Below are positions 19,148-28,887 of a stretch of DNA of 64,000 nt, one piece after another. The stretch is from an uncultured Thermoleophilia bacterium (GTDB lineage Bacteria > Actinomycetota > Thermoleophilia > UBA2241), in the NCBI GenBank assembly GCA_963715985.1, contig CAVQSP010000015.1, forward strand, positions 118,567 to 182,566, read 5' to 3'. Position 1 is the stretch's first letter. Each line of letters opens with the position of its first letter. A program made the position numbers and the translations under genes. The notes beneath the pieces are model-generated. The model made no database searches and was not told the DNA's origin. It worked only from the letters and a program-made list of their open reading frames with translations.

Positions 19148-20413
19148 GTGACCGGCCGGACGAGCAGCTCCCGCCGCGTCATGCGGCGCATCGGCCGCAG
19201 CCGTGTGGCCCTCTTCCTCGCCATCCTGGGACCGGGGCTCATCGCCGCCGCCTCGGACAACGACGCCGGCGGCATCACCACGTGGTCGGTGATCGGCGCC
19301 CGCTACGGCTACAGCATGCTGTGGCTGCTGCTGCTGATCACGCCCATCCTCGCGGTCACGCAGGAGATGGGCGCCCGCATGGGCGCCGTGACCGGCAAGG
19401 GCCTGGCGGCGCTCATCCGCGAGAAGTTCAGCCTCAGGGTGACGGCCTTCGCCATGCTCGCCCTGCTCGTCGCCAACTTCGGCACCACGGTGGCCGAGTT
19501 CTCGGGGGTGGCGGCCGCCTTCGGCCTCGCCGGCATCCCGTCGTGGCTGGCGGTGCCGCCGGTGGCCGTGGGTGTGTGGTTCCTCGTGACGCGCGGCAGC
19601 TACCGCAAGGTGGAGCGCGTCTTCCTGGCCCTCACGGCCGTGTACGTCGCCTACTTCATCGCCGGCTTCCTGGCCCGGCCGGACTGGGGCGCGGCCGTCC
19701 GCGGCACGGTCGTTCCGCAGGTCCAGATGAACAGCCTCTGGATCCTCACCGCCATCGCCGCGATCGGCACGACCATCACGCCGTGGGGCCAGTTCTTCAT
19801 CCAGGCGTACATCGTCGACAAGCGCATCACGTGGGCGCGCTACGCGTACACCAGGGTCGAGGTGTACATGGGCGCCGTGTTCACCGACGCCATCGACCTC
19901 TTCATCGTGCTCGCCTGCGCGGCCACCCTCTACAAGACGGGCGTCGTGATCGAGACGGCGGGGGATGCGGCGCGGGCGCTCTCGCCGCTGGCCGGCCGCG
20001 CCGCCGAGCTGCTCTTCGGCTTCGGGCTGCTCAACGTCTCCATCCTCGGGGCGGCGATCCTGCCGCTGACCACGGCCTACGCCGTCTGCGAGGCCTTCGG
20101 GTTCGAGAGCGGGCTGGACAAGAAGCGTGAGGAGGCGCCGGTGTTCAACGGCCTGCTCACGGGATTCATCCTCGTGCCGGCGCTGGTGGCGGTGATCCCG
20201 CACCTGCCGCTCGTGAAGGTGATGCTGCTGAGCCAGGACGTGAACGGCATCCTGCTGCCCATCATCCTCATCTACGTGCTCAAGATCATCAACGACCCCA
20301 GGGTGATGGGCGAGCACGTCAACGGACGCGTCTACAACACCATCGCCTGGGCATTCTCGATCGCGCTCATCGGGCTCTCGCTGACGCTGGTCGCGTCGCC
20401 GTTCATCTTCTGA
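19148..20413 (+). CDS. Nramp-related divalent metal (probably Mg2+) transporter, copy 2
   Basis: GPGLIAAASDNDAGGI, GTTITPWGQFF; close paralog of copy 1. Confidence 0.9.
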   Translation: MTGRTSSSRRVMRRIGRSRVALFLAILGPGLIAAASDNDAGGITTWSVIGARYGYSMLWLLLLITPILAVTQEMGARMGAVTGKGLAALIREKFSLRVTAFAMLALLVANFGTTVAEFSGVAAAFGLAGIPSWLAVPPVAVGVWFLVTRGSYRKVERVFLALTAVYVAYFIAGFLARPDWGAAVRGTVVPQVQMNSLWILTAIAAIGTTITPWGQFFIQAYIVDKRITWARYAYTRVEVYMGAVFTDAIDLFIVLACAATLYKTGVVIETAGDAARALSPLAGRAAELLFGFGLLNVSILGAAILPLTTAYAVCEAFGFESGLDKKREEAPVFNGLLTGFILVPALVAVIPHLPLVKVMLLSQDVNGILLPIILIYVLKIINDPRVMGEHVNGRVYNTIAWAFSIALIGLSLTLVASPFIF

Positions 20414-20467
20414 GTCTCAGGAGCGGGCGCGGGCGGGTCGCCGGCGGGCGCCCGGGCGCGGCGCGGC

Positions 20468-21403
20468 TCAGGTACCGTCGTCGCGCTCGTGCGAGCGCGG
20501 CTCGATATGCACGAGCACGTCGGCGTTGGGGACGCACTCGCGGATGTCGGCGGCGATATGCTCCGCGGTCTCGTGCGCCTGCGCCACGGTGAGCGTCTCG
20601 TCCACGGTGATGTGCAGGTCGATGTGCCTGCGGCTCCCGGCCTGGCGGGCGCGCAGCTTGTGGTAGCCCCAGATGAGGTCGCCGCGGTGCTCCTGCACGC
20701 AGGCACGGATCTGCTCGAGCTCCGCCTCGGGGATGGTCTGGTCGAGGAGCACCTTGGTGGACTGGATGACCAGCTGGTAGCCGGTGCGGATGATGAGCAC
20801 GGCCACGGCGATGGCGGCGATGGGGTCCAGCATCTCCCAGCCCGTGATCTGGACGAGCAGCAGACCGCCGGCGACGCCGAACGACGTGTAGACGTCGGTG
20901 AGCAGGTGGGCGGCGTCGGCCTCGAGGGCGGCCGACTGCGTGCGCCGCGCGACCGGGTACAGCACACGGAGCGAGACGAAGAGGTTGACCACCCCCGAGG
21001 TGGCCATGACGGCGATACCCAGCCACACGTGGTCGAGGTGAGGCCCTTCGATGATCTTGCGCACGCCCTCGTAGATGATGACGCCGGCGGCCGCGATGAT
21101 GAGCAGCGCCTCGATGACGCCGCTCAGGTTCTCCACCTTCTCGTGCCCGTAGTGGTGGTGCACATCCGGCGGCTGCGCCGCCTTGCGCACCGAGTAGAAC
21201 GCGATGAGGGCGGCGACGAGGTCCGACCCCGAGTGCAGGGCCTCCGAGATGATCGCGATGGACCCCGACAGGATCCCGACCACGAGCTTGAAGGCGATGA
21301 GCGCCGAGTTGGAGGCGATGGAGATGGCCGCGGCACGCGACTTGAGGCGAGTATTGGTCAGGTCGCCGCCGGCAGCGCCGGTGTCAGCGGTGTGGACCCC
21401 CAT
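20468..21403 (-). CDS. Cation diffusion facilitator (FieF-like) transporter
   Basis: SIAIISEALHSGSD, HHYGHEKVE, ADAAHLLTD, DLHITVD..AQAH. Confidence 0.92.
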   Translation of the reverse strand: MGVHTADTGAAGGDLTNTRLKSRAAAISIASNSALIAFKLVVGILSGSIAIISEALHSGSDLVAALIAFYSVRKAAQPPDVHHHYGHEKVENLSGVIEALLIIAAAGVIIYEGVRKIIEGPHLDHVWLGIAVMATSGVVNLFVSLRVLYPVARRTQSAALEADAAHLLTDVYTSFGVAGGLLLVQITGWEMLDPIAAIAVAVLIIRTGYQLVIQSTKVLLDQTIPEAELEQIRACVQEHRGDLIWGYHKLRARQAGSRRHIDLHITVDETLTVAQAHETAEHIAADIRECVPNADVLVHIEPRSHERDDGT

Positions 21404-22052
21404 CGAGCAGCCCCTCCTGTCGCAGCAGTTCCAGGAGGGCCGTACCGGCCAGTGCGCGGTGGCTGGCCTGGTCCTTGTCCGCCTGTGGCCACTCGGCCAC
21501 GGTGAGGTCTGACCCTTCCGGGACGAAGACGGGGTCGTAACCGAACCCGCCCTCACCGCGCGGCGCCGTGGCGATGGCGCCCCACCAGTATCCCGTTGCC
21601 GCATATTCTCTCATGTCGCTCGCGACGGCGACAACGGAGCACACGAAGCGGGCGCGGCGGGCGAGCGGACCGGCGAGGCCGGCCATCTCGCGCAGGAGGC
21701 GCTCGACGTTGGCGACATCGGCGCCGGGCCCGTCCACGCCCGCGTAGCGGGCGCTGGTGACGCCCGGCGCCCACCCCAGCGCCTCGACCTCCAGCCCGGA
21801 GTCGTCGGCGAGGCAATAGAGGCCGTCGTCGGCGCCCGCGGCCTCCGCGGCCGCCGGGCCCATGGCGCGCACGGCCTCGGCCAGCCCGAGTGCCTTGCCG
21901 CGGGCGTTGGCGGCGAAGGACTCCACGCCTTCCGGTGGCAGCTCGACGCCCTCGGGCATGAGGAGCACGTCGCAGGGCGCCAGGATCTGCCGGAACTCGC
22001 CCAGCTTGTGGCGGTTGCCGGTGGCGAGCATGAAGCGCACGGCAGGCCTCAC
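21384..22052 (-). CDS. rdgB: Non-canonical purine NTP pyrophosphatase (RdgB/HAM1)
   Basis: LATGNRHK, ADDSGLEV, PGVTSARYAG, GFGYDPVF, SHRALA. Confidence 0.93.
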   Translation of the reverse strand: MRPAVRFMLATGNRHKLGEFRQILAPCDVLLMPEGVELPPEGVESFAANARGKALGLAEAVRAMGPAAAEAAGADDGLYCLADDSGLEVEALGWAPGVTSARYAGVDGPGADVANVERLLREMAGLAGPLARRARFVCSVVAVASDMREYAATGYWWGAIATAPRGEGGFGYDPVFVPEGSDLTVAEWPQADKDQASHRALAGTALLELLRQEGLLDGGPHR

Positions 22053-22774
22053 CCCAGGGTCGCCACGGCCGCCGCCTGCGCGGCCGCCAGGTCGGCCGCG
22101 CCCCCGGCGGCCAGGTCGAGCATCCGCTCAAGGGTAGCCCGGGCGTAGGGCTCGCCCTCGGCGGTGGCCTGCACCTCCACCAGGCGGCCGTCGCCGGTGA
22201 CCACGACGTTCATGTCCACCTCGGCCGCCGAGTCCTCGGCGTAGTCGAGGTCGAGGAGCAGCTGCCCGTCCACCACGCCCACGGAGACGGCGCACAGCGA
22301 GTCGAACAGCGGCACCTCGTTGAGGCCGAGCATGTCCTTGAGCACGAGCGCCGCCTGGTAGACGGCCACGTAGGCGCCGGTGATGCCGGCCGTGCGCGTG
22401 CCGCCGTCGGCCTGCAGCACGTCGCAGTCCACGGCGATGGTGCGCTCGCCGATGATGCCGAGGTCCATCACGCCGCGCAGGCTGCGTCCGATGAGGCGCT
22501 GGATCTCCATGGTGCGCCCCGACTGCTTGCCGCGCACCGCCTCGCGCGCCGTGCGCGTGGGGGTCGCCCCCGGCAGCATGCTGTACTCGGCCGTGAGCCA
22601 GCCGCGCCCCGAGCCGCGCAGCCAGCCCGGCACGCCCTCACTCAACGAGGCCGTGCACAACACGATGGTGTCGCCGAGGGCGATGCGCGCCGAGCCGGCC
22701 GCGAACTTGGCCACGGCCGGCTCGATGCTGAGCGGTCGCAGCTCGTCTGCCTTGCGTCCAGTCCTCACTGTCAT
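22049..22774 (-). CDS. rph: Ribonuclease PH
   Basis: GWLTAEYSMLP, SGRTMEIQRLIGRSLR, DCDVLQADGGTRTA, EVQATAEG. Confidence 0.96.
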   Translation of the reverse strand: MTVRTGRKADELRPLSIEPAVAKFAAGSARIALGDTIVLCTASLSEGVPGWLRGSGRGWLTAEYSMLPGATPTRTAREAVRGKQSGRTMEIQRLIGRSLRGVMDLGIIGERTIAVDCDVLQADGGTRTAGITGAYVAVYQAALVLKDMLGLNEVPLFDSLCAVSVGVVDGQLLLDLDYAEDSAAEVDMNVVVTGDGRLVEVQATAEGEPYARATLERMLDLAAGGAADLAAAQAAAVATLG

Positions 22775-22809
22775 CCTCCCGGGCCGCACATGGCGGCCTC
22801 AGGCGGCCC

Positions 22810-23292
22810 TCAGGCCGCCGGTCTCGTCGTCCCGAACAGGTCGCCGCGGCGGCGCACCAGCACGAGCAGCGCCGCCCCGAGTGTGGCCATCACCGCGGCC
22901 TCGCCGGCGCTCACCCAGACGGCGCTCGCCCAGAAGGGCAGGTGGAGCACCACGGCGAGCAGCGCGGCCACGCCGAGCCCGTTGACCACCACGGGCACCG
23001 CCAGGGCCACGAACCGCGGACCGATACGATACATCAGAGACGCCGCGACCAGCGTCAGCAGCGACCCGAAGACGACGTCGGCGAGGAACATGGGGCTGTC
23101 CAGGTTGCCGAGCGCCGTACCGACGGAGAGACCCACCACGGCCGCAGGGTCGACGCAGGCGAAGGCGAGCAGCGCCTCCGCCACGCGGAACTGCACGGGG
23201 CCGTAGGCGAGGGCGTTGAGCCCCGGCATGAGGGTGAGCACGGCGTACAGCGCGGCGTAGAGCGCCGCGCGGACGAGCAGGCGCGTGTTCAC
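22810..23292 (-). CDS. queT: QueT-family queuosine-precursor transporter (ECF S-component-like)
   Basis: AALYAVLT..LAYGPVQFRVAEAL..GTALGN..DVVFGSL..VPVVVNG. GTG start overlaps the murI stop. Confidence 0.82.
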   Translation of the reverse strand: MNTRLLVRAALYAALYAVLTLMPGLNALAYGPVQFRVAEALLAFACVDPAAVVGLSVGTALGNLDSPMFLADVVFGSLLTLVAASLMYRIGPRFVALAVPVVVNGLGVAALLAVVLHLPFWASAVWVSAGEAAVMATLGAALLVLVRRRGDLFGTTRPAA

Positions 23293-24143
23293 GACGCGAC
23301 GAGCCGCCCGAGCGTGTCGAGCGGCAACGCGCGCACGCGCGTGAGCGGCATCTGCAGAAAGCGCGCGCCCACCGTGCGAAACGCCTCGACGTCGCCGGTG
23401 GCGTAGAACCGGTACGAGCCCACACGGTCCTCGGTGCGCGCGAGACCCTGGCGCTGCAGCGTGTCCTCCACCTCGCGGGCGATCTCGGCGGCCGGATTGA
23501 CGAGGGTGACGTCGCGGCCGAGAAAGCGCTGCAGCATCGGCGCCACCAGCGGGTAGTGCGTGCAGCCCATGATGACGACGTCCGGGCGTTGCTCCTTGAG
23601 CGGCTCGGTGAACCCGCGCACCGCGTCGGCGAGCCCCTGGCTGGCCACGTCGCCGGCCTCGATGTACGAGACCAGACCCGGGCAGGCCTGCTGGATGACC
23701 TCGGCACCGCCGTCCAGGCTGTGGACGGCGCGCGGGTAGGCGCCGCTGGCCACGGTGGCCTCGGTGGCCATGACGCCGATGCGGCGGTAGCGGGACGTCT
23801 GCACCGCCGCTCGCGCGCCAGGCATGACCACGCCGATGATCGGCGTGCTGAACTGCTCCTGCAGCAGCGGCAGCGCGGCGGAGGTGGCCGAGTAGCACGC
23901 CACCACGATCAGCTTGACCGGCACCGTCTCGAGGAAGGCGGTGAGCTGGCGGGCGTAGAGCTCCAGCTCGTCCGGGGTCTTCTCACCGTAGGGGAAGCGC
24001 GCCGTGTCACCGACGTAGGCGAAGTTCTCGCGGGGCAGCTGCACCAGACACTCGTGGAGCACGGTGAGACCGCCCATGCCCGAGTCGAACATGCCGATGG
24101 GCAGGGCGGCCACGTCGTGGATGTCGGTGGGAGTGACGGTCAT
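23289..24143 (-). CDS. murI: Glutamate racemase
   Basis: IGMFDSGMGGLTV, GDTARFPYGEK, VVAC(YS)AT, MGCTHYP. Confidence 0.93.
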   Translation of the reverse strand: MTVTPTDIHDVAALPIGMFDSGMGGLTVLHECLVQLPRENFAYVGDTARFPYGEKTPDELELYARQLTAFLETVPVKLIVVACYSATSAALPLLQEQFSTPIIGVVMPGARAAVQTSRYRRIGVMATEATVASGAYPRAVHSLDGGAEVIQQACPGLVSYIEAGDVASQGLADAVRGFTEPLKEQRPDVVIMGCTHYPLVAPMLQRFLGRDVTLVNPAAEIAREVEDTLQRQGLARTEDRVGSYRFYATGDVEAFRTVGARFLQMPLTRVRALPLDTLGRLVAS

Positions 24144-24382
24144 GATCGCTCGCCGGGCGGCGCCCCGGTAGTATCCCCCACCGCGCGACGGACTGTCCAG
24201 ACGGCCGCGCCTCCGCCGCCCTCGCCGGGCGGCCCGGGCGCGGCCCCAGCGCGGCTCGGGCGCGACCCCACTCCTCCCCGCCGTTGCCAACGCTGACGAC
24301 ACGGACACTCAAACGCGGCGGTACGCGGTCCGATAGCTAGAGCGAGAGACCACATGGAAGCGGCGACGAAGGGGGGCAGGCG

Positions 24383-24877
24383 ATGGACGCGAACAGCAGC
24401 GACAGGCGGGAGCTCTTCATCTTCCCCGACGGGACAGCGGTGGAGATCATCGTGTTCGACCCGGCCCCGAGCACACGGCACGCCGTCCCGCGGCGGCAGC
24501 GCAGCGGGCCCGCCGCCGCGCCGCAGAAGCCGGCCGCCGGTCCCGAGGCGGCGCCCGCTCCCCCGCCGTTCGGCGTCCGCGAGGAGCGCGCACCATGCGA
24601 CTGCCCGATGTGCGGCAGCGACCTCCTCTATCCGGTGGACTGGGCACGAAACCGCGAGGGCGACTGGAACATCCGCCTGCGCTGCCCCAACTGCGAGGCT
24701 CAGCGCCACATCATCCTGGGGCGGGAAGGCGTCGAGGCCCTCAACCGCACCCTGTACCGGCGCGCCCAGGCGCTGGCGCGCGAGGCCGACACGCTGAGCC
24801 GCAGCAACTTCGAGGAGGAAGCGGAGAAGCTCGTCGAGGCCCTGTACCGGGACCTCATCCTCCCGATGGACTTCTAG
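24383..24877 (+). CDS. Hypothetical zinc-ribbon protein (CPMC...CPNC)
   Basis: Two CxxC pairs, YPVDW motif, C-terminal ILPMDF; purine-rich RBS. Confidence 0.75.
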   Translation: MDANSSDRRELFIFPDGTAVEIIVFDPAPSTRHAVPRRQRSGPAAAPQKPAAGPEAAPAPPPFGVREERAPCDCPMCGSDLLYPVDWARNREGDWNIRLRCPNCEAQRHIILGREGVEALNRTLYRRAQALAREADTLSRSNFEEEAEKLVEALYRDLILPMDF

Positions 24878-25764
24878 ACGGCGCCGCCGGCGCCGCTGTT
24901 GGCCAGCCACACGCCGGCCACGACGATCACCGCGGCCACCGCCTGGCCGGCCGTGAACCTCTCTCCCAGCAGCACGTACGCCGCCGCCACGGCGACGACC
25001 GGTGTGAGGTTGATGAACACGCTCACCCGGCCTGCGGACAGAAAGCGGAACGCGTAGTTCAGCAGCAGATACGCGGTCACCGAACACACCGCCGTGAGAT
25101 AAAGCACCCCGCCTACGGCCGGCGCCGTGGGCTGGCGCACGCCCACGACGATGGCCTCGACGAGGGCCAGAGGCGCCATGAACAGCGCCCCGAACAGGTT
25201 CTGCCAGGTGGTCACGAACAGCGCCGACCTGTCCACGAGGATGCGCCGCGCCAGCAGCCCGTACACGGCGGCGGAGAGCGAAGCGGCCAGCACGAGCAGG
25301 TCGCCGCCGAGGCTGCCGCCCGAGGCCGAGCCCGCCGTCACGACGAGCGCGATGATGCCGGCGAACGACAGGCCGATGCCCAGCCACTGGCGCGCGCCGG
25401 TCGCCTCGCGAAGAGTGAAGTGGTTCAGGACGACGGTGAACACGGGGATCGCGCCGATGAGGATCGAGGCCGCCGAGGCACTCGTGCGGGCGATGCCGAG
25501 GTTCTCGAAGCTGAAGTAGACCGTGAGGGAGACGAAGCCGAGCAGGGCGAGCCGGCGGAGGTCGGCACGCGTCGCGCGCTCACGCCCCGCACGCAGCCGC
25601 CATACGAGCCACAGGGCGGCGCCGGCGAGCGTGAAACGCAGGAGGGCGACGAGCAGCGGCTCGAACCCGCGCAGCGCGTACTTGGTGGCCACGAACGAAA
25701 GACCGAAGGCCACGGTCATGCCGACGGCGGCGGCGTAGGCGGAGGCGGGCGGGCGCGTCGGCAT
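24874..25764 (-). CDS. EamA/DMT family transporter
   Basis: About 10 TM in two repeats; GLSFVATK..LRF, ASILIGAIPVF, INLTPVVA..LLGE. Confidence 0.9.
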   Translation of the reverse strand: MPTRPPASAYAAAVGMTVAFGLSFVATKYALRGFEPLLVALLRFTLAGAALWLVWRLRAGRERATRADLRRLALLGFVSLTVYFSFENLGIARTSASAASILIGAIPVFTVVLNHFTLREATGARQWLGIGLSFAGIIALVVTAGSASGGSLGGDLLVLAASLSAAVYGLLARRILVDRSALFVTTWQNLFGALFMAPLALVEAIVVGVRQPTAPAVGGVLYLTAVCSVTAYLLLNYAFRFLSAGRVSVFINLTPVVAVAAAYVLLGERFTAGQAVAAVIVVAGVWLANSGAGGAV

Positions 25765-25966
25765 GGGCCAAGACTATCGCAGGCTCGCCGCGGGACGCCG
25801 CTCCCACGAAGCAGCTAGAATGTGGCGGCGGGCTGACACGGGCCCGCTGTGCGTCGAGAGACGGGCTCGCTCACGGCGCACGAGACGCCGGCCGGATGCG
25901 GTCCGGGGCTCCACTCCCCGGCGCCCGATATCCGACCGCGCGGGAGCGCAGGCAGGTAGCGGCATC

Positions 25967-27079
25967 ATGTGGACCCTTGCCCGAAAGAACCTCCTCAAAG
26001 AACACGCCCGACTGGCCATCTCCATCGGCGGGGTGGCGTTCGCCGTGACCCTCATGATCCTTCTGCGCGGTCTGTATCTCGCTTACGATGAGAAGATCGG
26101 CGAGTTCTACAGCGGCATGCGCGTCGACGCCTGGGTCGTGCAGAGCGGCACCGCGGACAAGCTGACAGACTCGATGCTCCCCGACACGCTCGAGCCGAAG
26201 CTGCGCGGCGTCTCCGGCGTGGCCGATGTCATCCCGTACACGGCGCGGTACATGGGCTTCAAGCTGAAGGGCGACGACGTGGTGCTCTTCGTCGCCGGCT
26301 TCGAGCAGGTGCAGCGCGGCCCTCAGACCGGGCCGCTGAGGATGGAGTCGGGCACAAGGGTGATCAACGACGACCAGATCATCATCGACGAGGTCTTCAC
26401 CAAGAAGCACGGGCTCAAGATCGGCGACAAGCTGGACCTCCTCGGTCAGGAGCTTACGCTGGCCGGCATCAGCTCGGGCGGCGATGTCGTGTCGGTCCAG
26501 TACGCATTCGTGACGAACACCCGGGCGCGCGAGCTCGTGAAGAGCGAGGGTCGGGTCAACGCCTTCCTGCTGCGCCTGATGCCGGGCGCCGACCTCGAGA
26601 GCGTGACCGCGGACGTCAAGGACGTGGCTCCGCACGCGGTGGTCAAGAGCGCCGCCGAGGTCGTCCAGGAGAACGAGCGCCTCGTCAGGGAGGGCTTCCT
26701 GCCGGTGCTCGGCGTACTGCTGGTCATCGGCTTCTGCGTCGGCGTCGCGGTGATCGGGCTGACCATCTACTCGGCGGTGCTCGAGCACCGGCGGGAGTAC
26801 GGTGTACTCAAGGCGGTGGGGGCTCGGCCGGTGCAGATGCTCACGGTCGTTGCCGTCCAGGCGCTCGCCGCCGCGGCGGCAGGCTACGTGGCCGGCGTCG
26901 CCGTATCGCTCCTCGCGGCCCGCGCCGCCGAGGTCTGGGTGCCGCAGTTCATCACCCATATTGTGCTCCGCGATGTCCTGCTGGTCGGGGTGGCAGCGCT
27001 CCTGATGGGGCTCGTCGCCGCCGTGATCCCCCTCCGCAGCATCGTGCGCGTCGACGCCGCGGTGGTGTTTCGCTCGTGA
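25967..27079 (+). CDS. ABC transporter permease, MacB/FtsX type
   Basis: LARKNL..RLAISIGGVAF, extracytoplasmic core, EHRREYGVLKAVGA, C-terminal VDAAVVFRS. Confidence 0.88.
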   Translation: MWTLARKNLLKEHARLAISIGGVAFAVTLMILLRGLYLAYDEKIGEFYSGMRVDAWVVQSGTADKLTDSMLPDTLEPKLRGVSGVADVIPYTARYMGFKLKGDDVVLFVAGFEQVQRGPQTGPLRMESGTRVINDDQIIIDEVFTKKHGLKIGDKLDLLGQELTLAGISSGGDVVSVQYAFVTNTRARELVKSEGRVNAFLLRLMPGADLESVTADVKDVAPHAVVKSAAEVVQENERLVREGFLPVLGVLLVIGFCVGVAVIGLTIYSAVLEHRREYGVLKAVGARPVQMLTVVAVQALAAAAAGYVAGVAVSLLAARAAEVWVPQFITHIVLRDVLLVGVAALLMGLVAAVIPLRSIVRVDAAVVFRS

Positions 27080-27160
27080 TGGCCGGCGAGGAGCTCGCTG
27101 AGGGGCGTACCTGCGGTGCGCCCCTCGCAGAGCCAGCTGCGTAGCTCAGTCACCTGCGGC

Positions 27161-28879
27161 TCAGGCGGGCCGCGGCGCCTGCGCCCGTTCCTCTTCTTCC
27201 AGGAGCCGGTAGTCGACCTTGCCGATCGCGGTCAGCGGAAGCTGATCGCGGAACTCGATGGACCGCGGGCGGGAGTGCGGGCCCAGGTTTCCACGGCAGT
27301 GCTCGATCAGCTCGTGCTCGAGCTCGTCGCTGCCGGCCCATCCCTCATTGAGGGTCACGAACCCTTTCGGGACCTGCCCCTTGAGCGGGTGCGGTACGCC
27401 GACGACGCAGGCGAGCCGCACTGCCGGGTGCGCGTGCAGCACCTCCTCGATCGTGGTCGGGTACACGCCGATGCCGGACGTCTTGATGATCTTCTTCATC
27501 CTGAGCTTGAAGTACAAGAACCCGTCCTCGTCCATGGATCCGACATCGCCGGTGTGCAGCCACATCTTCCCGTCCTCGTGCCGACGCAGCGCCTCAGCAG
27601 TCTCGGCAGGACGATCGAGGTAACCGATCATCACTGTCGGACCGCTGACGCAGATCTCGCCGTCCTCCATCGGCTCGGCTTCCCGAGTCGTGCCGGCGTG
27701 CACCACCTTGACGGACGTGTCCGGACACGGGATGCCGACGCTGCCCTCGCGGTGGTGGTCCTGCGGCATGAGCGTCGCCGCCGCCACGCACTCAGTCAGG
27801 CCGTAGCCTTCGCGTAGCGAGACCGTCCCCCCATTGTTCCTGAGCACGGCCTCGAAGTTGTCCTTGGTCTCCCGGCTCAGCTTGTCCCCGCCCGAGAAGA
27901 CGCCCTTGAAGCACGACAGCCGAGTGCCGCGGAACGCGGGGTCGGCCGCGAGCGTGTCGAACAGAGTGGGCACGCCGGCCATGTACTGAGGCCGATGCTT
28001 GCGGATGAGCCGCGCCAGTGTGTCGGGGGTGAGGCGCGGGATCAGGATGCAGATGCCGCCGTACATGAGCACTGCGTGGATGCCGATAGCGAGGCCGAAG
28101 CCGTGGAACATGGGCAGGATGGAGAGCATGGAGTCGCCCGGGAGGATGGCGCCGATGGCGGCCGCCCTCAACTGCATCGCCAAGGCGTTGCAGTTGCGGC
28201 TGGATAGCATCACGGCTTTGGGCGCTCCCGTCGTGCCGCCGCTGAACAGGACGAGGGCCATCTCGTCCGCGGCGATGGGGTCCGGGTCGTCCAGCTCGGG
28301 GTGGGTCTCGCCCTTGTCCCGCAGGGTCCTCCAGCTGACGATCCTGGGGCCCTCGGGGACCCGTGCGACCCGCCGTCCCTTCTTCAGCGCGAACGCGACG
28401 GCGGCAAACGGGGGCAGCGCATCGCGGACACGGCAGACCACGGTGCGCTCGACGGGGGTCTGCGGCAGCACCTTCGCGAACTGCGGGTAGAAGAGATCCA
28501 GGGTGATGGCCCAGGTGCACGAGGACTCGGCCGCCTGGGTGCGGATCTCCGCCGGGGCCGACAGCGGATGGATCATCGCCGGCACGGCGCCCAGCCGGTT
28601 GAGGGCGTAGAACGCCACCACGGCCTGGGGGATGTTGGGGAGGCAGACGAGGACGCGGTCGCCCGGCCTCATGCCCTCGGCGGCGAGACCGCGGCTGAGC
28701 TCGACGACGAGCCGGTGGAGCTCCCGGAAGGACATCGTGCGCCCGAGGCACGAAAGCGCCGTGGACTCGGGCGCCACCGCCACCCGGGCCTTCAGGGCGC
28801 CGTACAGGGAGAGATCGGGATACGAGAGGCTCTGAGGTGTCTCGCCGTAGAAGCGCAGCCACGGCCGCGTCTCGTGCAC
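27161..28879 (-). CDS. Long-chain acyl-CoA synthetase (AMP-binding)
   Basis: LFSGGTTGAPKAV, LPMFHGFGL, EGYGLTE, WLHTGDVG, LPLTAIGKVD. Confidence 0.92.
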   Translation of the reverse strand: MHETRPWLRFYGETPQSLSYPDLSLYGALKARVAVAPESTALSCLGRTMSFRELHRLVVELSRGLAAEGMRPGDRVLVCLPNIPQAVVAFYALNRLGAVPAMIHPLSAPAEIRTQAAESSCTWAITLDLFYPQFAKVLPQTPVERTVVCRVRDALPPFAAVAFALKKGRRVARVPEGPRIVSWRTLRDKGETHPELDDPDPIAADEMALVLFSGGTTGAPKAVMLSSRNCNALAMQLRAAAIGAILPGDSMLSILPMFHGFGLAIGIHAVLMYGGICILIPRLTPDTLARLIRKHRPQYMAGVPTLFDTLAADPAFRGTRLSCFKGVFSGGDKLSRETKDNFEAVLRNNGGTVSLREGYGLTECVAAATLMPQDHHREGSVGIPCPDTSVKVVHAGTTREAEPMEDGEICVSGPTVMIGYLDRPAETAEALRRHEDGKMWLHTGDVGSMDEDGFLYFKLRMKKIIKTSGIGVYPTTIEEVLHAHPAVRLACVVGVPHPLKGQVPKGFVTLNEGWAGSDELEHELIEHCRGNLGPHSRPRSIEFRDQLPLTAIGKVDYRLLEEEERAQAPRPA

Positions 28880-28887
28880 CGTCCAGC

